A DNA stretch of 60,075 bases from a virus (taxonomy: Duplodnaviria; Caudoviricetes), in the IMG/VR virus record IMGVR_UViG_3300009508_000005, positions 1-60,075 of that record. One strand, given 5' to 3'. Shown piece by piece: positions 54,839 through 60,075 of this stretch (its first letter is position 1; every line of letters begins with the position of its first letter). The translations under genes and the position numbers were made by a program. Under the pieces are notes generated by a model. It was not told where the DNA came from. It was given only the letters and a program-made list of their open reading frames with translations, and ran no database searches.

Positions 54839-56047
54839 TCACCCCTCCTGCTGGCGGTGGGCGGCTAGTGCGCGGGCTGCGATCTGCTTCAAGTAATTCG
54901 GGTCAGACGAAAGCTGCTGCGCGTAGAATCCCTCTAGTTTCTCGTCACTTTTAAGCCGTTTTTTCATAAACGTAACCGGGCTGACGATCTCTTCCAGCGC
55001 CTCAACCAGCCCAGTAGTCCGAGACTCCATTTCGCGAAAGTGGGCAGCGGTGGCCAGATCAACCAGATGCCGGATGCGTTCAAGGTCTGCCGCGCCGCCT
55101 TGTGCCAGCCCAGCAACATACCTGTCAGTCATTTCCTTGTCATAGCCAAACACAAATCCGTCTGACCCATCGTTGTGCCGGTACTGACGCAACGCCTCAA
55201 CCAGCCCAGCAACATCCGGCGCGGCAGGGGCTTCAAGTAGTCTGATGCGCTGTAGCTGTTGTTCGCTAATCAGATAGCGCGTCTCTTCTCCGTCTTCGTT
55301 TACCGGCTCGCTAATTCGGATCTCGTTGAACAGCGTATGCTCTGGATTGTGCGCGGCAGGGGCTGGCTCTTTGGCTTTCAACCAGTCGTGCATCGCCATC
55401 ATGGCGTTAGCAAACCAGCCAACCATCAAATCGTGCTGACCTGCATGCCCTGGGAATGTCTGCACAAATAGGTCTGCCCACGCCTTTGCATCGGGGTTAT
55501 AGTGAATGCTCCGGTCGTATTCGACACACGACGGTTGCCACGGGTCGGCAGGGGCTGGCGAGGGCTGGGTGGTGGTTGTTTTGCTACCCTCATCAATGAG
55601 GGAGGCAGGTTTCAAATAGAGCGGCGTAACTCCGAAATTTGGCCGTTCGCTGGCCACAACAAAATCGTGCTGATACCCACCGTCGCCGTCAGGCTCTGCG
55701 GTCGTCCATCCATACGGCTCCTGCTCCACCCGCTCAGCAGGGGCAGGGGCGGCGATGTAGTCGGAGTCTTGGAACTGCATCCACGCCGCTATACGATATG
55801 CAGAATAGTATGTTTCATCTGCTGTTCTGTAGTCGTAAGAGTGTTCATCGTAAAGCTCTTTAAGCACTACGCGCTGACCATTATCTAGCCTGGCAATAAA
55901 CCACTCAGACCCATAAGGATTTGGCGGGCATCCATCGTGCCATACACCCTCCGGAACAAACCCCCGCGCCTTCTCAGCCTCAAGCGCCGCAACCCTTGCC
56001 AGCGCTTCGGTAAGGCGTGATTCCAAGTGTTCTGCTAGTGGGTTCAT
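54839..56047 (-). CDS. Mosaic accessory protein (Ead/Ea22-type modular)
   Basis: Short modules joined by APAP, ERVEQEP and GLVEAL linkers; lower GC. Confidence 0.65.
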   Translation of the reverse strand: MNPLAEHLESRLTEALARVAALEAEKARGFVPEGVWHDGCPPNPYGSEWFIARLDNGQRVVLKELYDEHSYDYRTADETYYSAYRIAAWMQFQDSDYIAAPAPAERVEQEPYGWTTAEPDGDGGYQHDFVVASERPNFGVTPLYLKPASLIDEGSKTTTTQPSPAPADPWQPSCVEYDRSIHYNPDAKAWADLFVQTFPGHAGQHDLMVGWFANAMMAMHDWLKAKEPAPAAHNPEHTLFNEIRISEPVNEDGEETRYLISEQQLQRIRLLEAPAAPDVAGLVEALRQYRHNDGSDGFVFGYDKEMTDRYVAGLAQGGAADLERIRHLVDLATAAHFREMESRTTGLVEALEEIVSPVTFMKKRLKSDEKLEGFYAQQLSSDPNYLKQIAARALAAHRQQEG

Positions 56048-56048
56048 C

Positions 56049-56417
56049 TTATAAGTCCTCCTTACGTTCTACGAATGTTATGTCGGTGCGGGCGTACCGC
56101 GCGCTGCTCTGGGGCATAGTGGAGTGAGCTACTACCGCGAGCACTGCTGTGCAGTTGCTCAGCTCCAGCACCTTGCGGCCCGTGAGGGTCGTAGCACCCG
56201 GCAGCTTTACCCACCACGTCTCGCCTATTGAGGGGCTTGGGGTAAGGGACTTGAAACCCGCCAGCACACCCAGCCCCACCCGACGGCGGACCCGCTCCTG
56301 TGCCAGCTCGGTGCCGCTCTTTGTTGCTCCGGCAAGGCACTGGTCACACCATTCGGTACCAGTCCCATAACCTACGAACCCGCTGTCTTTGCATTTAGCG
56401 CAACATGGTTCACTCAT
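56049..56417 (-). CDS. Hypothetical protein with N-terminal zinc finger
   Basis: C..C.DSG......WCD.C. Confidence 0.55.
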   Translation of the reverse strand: MSEPCCAKCKDSGFVGYGTGTEWCDQCLAGATKSGTELAQERVRRRVGLGVLAGFKSLTPSPSIGETWWVKLPGATTLTGRKVLELSNCTAVLAVVAHSTMPQSSARYARTDITFVERKEDL

Positions 56418-56824
56418 TTCAGCTTCTCCGTCGGTACCCAGCGTGTCTCGCCGGTCGCCATGTCAGTCATTGTGTGCCCAGTACATAGGGCGCCTTTGTT
56501 CTTGCGTTCCAGGTGTGCTACTACCCGGACGTTGCTGCCTAGTACGAAGTCCAGCAGGGGCAGCGTGGTCATGTTCAGCACCATCGAGCTACCACCCCCA
56601 GCAGCGCAGTCGTCGAGCCATATCTGCTGCAGTTTGGTCACCTCGAACACGTCCAGCTTCTTCGCTTCCACCCCAATGAAGTGCCCGTCGGGGGCGCGGC
56701 GTACCAAGTCGTCCGGGCGGCCGTTCTTGCCCATGCCTGTCTGCGCCGCTCGGTCGTACTTAGCGTTGTGCTTTTTGTACAGTTTGACCGCTGCGTCCTT
56801 GACCTTGCCCTCGGGGGTAGCCAT
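56414..56824 (-). CDS. VRR-NUC / Holliday junction resolvase-like nuclease
   Basis: MATPEGKVK, G.PD, FIGVEAK, T.LQ, AGG. Confidence 0.85.
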   Translation of the reverse strand: MATPEGKVKDAAVKLYKKHNAKYDRAAQTGMGKNGRPDDLVRRAPDGHFIGVEAKKLDVFEVTKLQQIWLDDCAAGGGSSMVLNMTTLPLLDFVLGSNVRVVAHLERKNKGALCTGHTMTDMATGETRWVPTEKLK

Positions 56825-57132
56825 TATCTGCGCACCCTGGACCAGCAAATCGCTACGGCTTCCTTGGTGAACGTGGAGTAATCGTCGAACTCCACCCACG
56901 TCAGCTCTATCCCCCGCAATTTCTCGCACCCCCACCGGGAGTCGAAGCAGACGAACATAACAACCGTCCCGCATGCCAGCTGCGCTCGCATATCTTCCCG
57001 AGACACACGCACTACCGGGGCCGCTACTCCGTGCCTTTCCAAGAACTGGTCGAACCCTCGACGCGCACCTTTAGCACTGTCATATACCTTAGCAATAAGG
57101 GCACCCATACCTATCTCCTGTTGCGCCACCAA
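56824..57132 (-). CDS. Hypothetical protein
   Basis: ORF in operon; EKLRG.EL..V.FDD motif. Confidence 0.5.
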   Translation of the reverse strand: MVAQQEIGMGALIAKVYDSAKGARRGFDQFLERHGVAAPVVRVSREDMRAQLACGTVVMFVCFDSRWGCEKLRGIELTWVEFDDYSTFTKEAVAICWSRVRR

Positions 57133-57227
57133 TGGCGCAGGTCGTAGAACACATACACTGCTGCGACCACGGAGAAGTAAATTACCGCGATGGCGGCGGC
57201 ACCTACTGCAAAGTGGACGAGCACCAT
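57111..57227 (-). CDS. Small membrane peptide (38 aa)
   Basis: MVLVHFAVGAAAIAVIYFSVVAAVYVFYDLRHWWRNRR; GGAGG SD. Confidence 0.5.
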   Translation of the reverse strand: MVLVHFAVGAAAIAVIYFSVVAAVYVFYDLRHWWRNRR

Positions 57228-57228
57228 G

Positions 57229-58002
57229 TTAAGCCTCCGCTAGTTTTTTGCGACGCAGCTTCTCTTTAGACTCGAACCAGAACTCGCACGTCTTGACGTC
57301 GCACCAGCCGCACAGTCCGGATGGACGCGGAGGGAAGGTGTTGGTCTCCCAAGCGCGCACTACAGCGTGGTACTTGCGGTCAATCTCGTTCCATATAGCG
57401 GGTAGTTGGTCGCGGGTGTGCGTTATCGGTTTGCCGATCGCTTCCTTTGGTGGTAGCTGCAACCAGATATATGCGCCCTTAACCACGTCGATCTCGGGGT
57501 AGTCAACCAGGGCGGACGCGTTGTACATAGTGAGCTGCGCCGGATCCTCTTTCTTCTTTCCCGATTTGTGATCGAATACCTCAGCCAGTCGCAGGTGAGG
57601 GTAGATGATAGTGACGTCGATCTTGCCCCGCAGGAACCCGAACTTGTCCCAGTAGCTGGCGCTTTCCTTCTGCTTGCCGATAGCGAACTTGCGCTCCGGG
57701 AGGATGGTGCCCCCCTTATTCGCAGCGCGCTGCAGCAGCGCATCGCTGACCCACTGGTAGTCGGTCATGTTCTGCCCTGTGCGCTTGTTAAGCTCAGGCG
57801 GGATGCGCACCTGCCCATTGCTCGCCACTGCCATTTCCAAATGGTGGTGAGCGTGGTCGCCCCATATCGAGTCGGGTGAAGACTCGAACTTCACGGATTT
57901 GAGCACATGCTTGGCCTCGTACATACGGGGGCAAGTCATGTAGGTGTCCAAGCTACTGTGGGTCTGCGTCGGTATGTTGATCGCAGGTATAAGTTGACTC
58001 AT
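57229..58002 (-). CDS. PD-(D/E)XK exonuclease (Cas4/RecB-like)
   Basis: SSL..Y.TCP, G...H..LE, RGKID, DHKSGK, QL..Y, CGWC...C. Confidence 0.88.
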   Translation of the reverse strand: MSQLIPAINIPTQTHSSLDTYMTCPRMYEAKHVLKSVKFESSPDSIWGDHAHHHLEMAVASNGQVRIPPELNKRTGQNMTDYQWVSDALLQRAANKGGTILPERKFAIGKQKESASYWDKFGFLRGKIDVTIIYPHLRLAEVFDHKSGKKKEDPAQLTMYNASALVDYPEIDVVKGAYIWLQLPPKEAIGKPITHTRDQLPAIWNEIDRKYHAVVRAWETNTFPPRPSGLCGWCDVKTCEFWFESKEKLRRKKLAEA

Positions 58003-58334
58003 TTCGGTACGTCCTTATTGCACTTAGCGTAGGATCCGGTGGTTACCGGTACCCACTGGTATGTAGTTACGCGGCCGCTTACCCGCTCGCACCGCGACTC
58101 CTGAACCACCCCGCAATCTCGGCACGCTCTTCGGGGCGGGGCGACGCCGACGAACCAGTCTACCGTGTAGGTCCACCGGTGCGGAGACGGCGCTGTTGCT
58201 CGGCGGTATACCCAGCGTACCAGTAGACCGAATACCGCCCCCGCTGCGAATATAGCTATCACATATAGCGCGAACGCTACCCACATAAGCAGGTCCATTT
58301 CAGTGGTTGTCAGTTGCATCACCTGCCCCTCCAT
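57999..58334 (-). CDS. Hypothetical membrane protein with C-terminal CxxC
   Basis: Long hydrophobic segment; CRDCG. Confidence 0.55.
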   Translation of the reverse strand: MEGQVMQLTTTEMDLLMWVAFALYVIAIFAAGAVFGLLVRWVYRRATAPSPHRWTYTVDWFVGVAPPRRACRDCGVVQESRCERVSGRVTTYQWVPVTTGSYAKCNKDVPK

Positions 58335-58738
58335 TTCTTAGTCCAGAACGGCTGGCTGCGCTTGGGCGGGAGACGCAAAGTGCGCGGGCTTTCCACCACC
58401 TGGAAATCATCTATGACCCCCATCCGACCGGGCAGCAGCTCGTCCAAGTCCGACGCCTCCACGTCCGCCAGCTCGTCGAGCCAACACGAGTCCGGTATTG
58501 AGGCCCCCCGGACATGCGGCGTAGCAACCACCAACTCACTGGCGGGGACACCCAGCGACAGATACAGGTCGTGCTGCTCTTGCGTCACCACTAAGCGGAA
58601 CTCAGGGCGCGCAGGGTCTTCCAGTCGCGTCCGCAGTTGCTCTAGCAACCGCACGGTCCTCTCTACGGCACGTGAGGTAATGCCCTCGGGTCGCGCATTC
58701 TCGGCGGGGAGGGGTGTTTCCGTTGGGTCTGCTTTCAT
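58319..58738 (-). CDS. Hypothetical protein
   Basis: ACCCGGAG leader. Confidence 0.55.
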   Translation of the reverse strand: MKADPTETPLPAENARPEGITSRAVERTVRLLEQLRTRLEDPARPEFRLVVTQEQHDLYLSLGVPASELVVATPHVRGASIPDSCWLDELADVEASDLDELLPGRMGVIDDFQVVESPRTLRLPPKRSQPFWTKKWRGR

Positions 58739-58764
58739 GGCGGTCTCCGGGTTTCTTGTATTAA

Positions 58765-58793
58765 ACTGTATTAGATAGAACCAGCGGCGTCAA
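58765..58793 (-). promoter_or_regulatory. Sigma70-like promoter TTGACG-N17-TACAGT
   Basis: Intergenic after polymerase; shares TTCTATCTAATACA with promoter at 3646-3674. Confidence 0.55.
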
Positions 58794-58796
58794 ACT

Positions 58797-60075
58797 TTAT
58801 TTCGCGTCGCTGTACCGCACGCCTATGTCGCCCTCAGCTTTGACCGGTAGTGACGGCCACCACGTAGGGGCTTGCGACATTTCCTCGATCATAATAGCCA
58901 GGGTCTCGTCGGCTCTGTCCTCACGTACCAGCGCTACCGGTTCGTCGTGGGTAGACATTACGATCCCCTCGCCCTGCCGTTCGTAGGTACCAATGCGGCG
59001 CTCGATGCGGCACTTCTGCTCGAACACTACGTCACGGGCGAGCTTCTGGGTCACGTTCTGGATAACCTTTCCGCCGTACACTTTGCGGATCTTGCGGTCT
59101 TCCTTGTCGTCGTACACCCAGTTCGTCTCCACCAGCCCGTCGTAATTCAGCATTTCCTCTTGGCGTAGGTTGTGGTACTCCATACGCATGCCGTTGGGAA
59201 AGCGGATCGCGTTGTGCTCAACGAAGCAGAACCCCCACTGATCCAGGTAGAACCCGCCGCCGGCGGCCATCTTCGGGATAGCCCGCTGCGCGTTGTACCA
59301 ACTCTGCACGATAGACCTCCGCTTGCCGCGATACACGTCCACGGTTTGCTGCGCTTCCAGCTCAGTCAGGCGCATACCCGACATGATACGTGCAGCGCGG
59401 CGGAACGACTCAGCCCCCGACTGGAACTGCAGCTGCAGCTCTGCGGTCTTGCCGTGCTGGCGCTCAGCCTCGTCGGCTTTGGTGATAGGGCGCCCGTAGA
59501 AGCTGGTAGCGAAGTCGCAGTACAGATCCCCGCCCGCGCGCAATACGCTGATGCTGTCCTCCTGTCCACACAAGTGGTGGCACGTACGCAGTTCGATGTT
59601 GGCCGAGTCAGCCACGACGATACGGAACCCAGGTGGCGCTATCACTGCATCACGCAAACCGGCGACGTGCGCCTGCACACCCACTTCTTTGTTGGACGGG
59701 TCCGTACACCACACGTTCAGTTCCCGATCCATTACCGCCACGACGATTTTGCGGTTCGCTTTGTCGCGCCCGTACTTGCGCTTAAACAGATATGAGAACC
59801 CGACGGGTGTAATAATGAGGGATCCATTCGGGGTGCGGGGGGTAATCGACTTGGTCCGCGTCAGGTTCTGCATGTTGATGCCCTGGGTACCCGCGTAGCG
59901 GTCGCAGTGCGACTTGCCATACATGTAGGGCACCGGTAGCAATCCGCGCTGGCCGATGTCCAGGAACCGCTGCACACGACTCTCCGCAATTGTCGACTTG
60001 GTACCCAGTCGGGCGGTAGCTAGCGCCTGTACAATCAGGTTGGTGTCCTCGTCCGCTTCCTCGTACTCGGTTAGC
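58797..60075 (-). CDS. DNA polymerase family A, C-terminal polymerase domain
   Basis: INMQNL, motif A VVADSANIELR, motif B RQHGKTAEL, motif C STHDE. Confidence 0.92.
   Translation of the reverse strand, partial: LTEYEEADEDTNLIVQALATARLGTKSTIAESRVQRFLDIGQRGLLPVPYMYGKSHCDRYAGTQGINMQNLTRTKSITPRTPNGSLIITPVGFSYLFKRKYGRDKANRKIVVAVMDRELNVWCTDPSNKEVGVQAHVAGLRDAVIAPPGFRIVVADSANIELRTCHHLCGQEDSISVLRAGGDLYCDFATSFYGRPITKADEAERQHGKTAELQLQFQSGAESFRRAARIMSGMRLTELEAQQTVDVYRGKRRSIVQSWYNAQRAIPKMAAGGGFYLDQWGFCFVEHNAIRFPNGMRMEYHNLRQEEMLNYDGLVETNWVYDDKEDRKIRKVYGGKVIQNVTQKLARDVVFEQKCRIERRIGTYERQGEGIVMSTHDEPVALVREDRADETLAIMIEEMSQAPTWWPSLPVKAEGDIGVRYSDAK
59953..60075 (+). repeat. Terminal direct repeat copy 2 (circular assembly overlap)
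   Basis: Identical to 1-123. Confidence 0.95.

Larger units (their letters stand above)
1..60075. mobile_element. Complete or near-complete tailed bacteriophage genome (podovirus-like, probably lytic)
   Basis: Terminase, portal, capsid, tail, lysis and replication modules all present; ends overlap; no host housekeeping genes or integrase recognised. Confidence 0.95.

Noticed and set aside
57229-58002. Cas4 as evidence of a CRISPR system
   Set aside because: Stand-alone PD-(D/E)XK exonuclease in a replication module, common in phages
59660-59862. Intein in DNA polymerase
   Set aside because: Too short and lacks splice-junction residues
59953-60075. 123-bp terminal repeat as a biological DTR
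   Set aside because: It lies mid-polymerase and the ORF reads through the join; typical circular assembly overlap
1-60075. Prophage or temperate module; genome-wide stop-codon recoding
   Set aside because: No integrase, att-flanked host DNA or CI/Cro pair recognised; TAG terminates several intact core genes

Overview
The window is an apparently complete (~59,952 bp unique) tailed dsDNA bacteriophage genome, circularly permuted. Bases 1-123 recur exactly at 59953-60075, and a family A DNA polymerase gene runs across the join. It is GC-rich and podovirus-like: N4-gp56-type capsid, portal, giant internal protein, no tape measure or sheath seen. The Rz/Rz1-type lysis cassette points to a Gram-negative host. 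No integrase or RNA polymerase was recognised. The minus strand carries replication and accessory genes (43941->end, 1->12140) and the plus strand carries morphogenesis and lysis (13547-43925). They diverge from an AT-rich non-coding region. Main anomalies: (1) a mirror-symmetric, helically phased array of 15 GTATAC boxes (7+1+7) beside a putative ribbon-helix-helix gene; (2) a ~370-nt two-domain structured RNA candidate with a tRNA-like module inside a perfect 20-bp stem; (3) a DUF1566/C-type-lectin-like tail gene broken by an in-frame amber codon and a G8 tract, next to a glycosyltransferase; (4) a PolA with deviant motif B translationally coupled to a dATP/dGTP diphosphohydrolase-like gene. 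All family assignments come from motif recognition by eye, not database searches.
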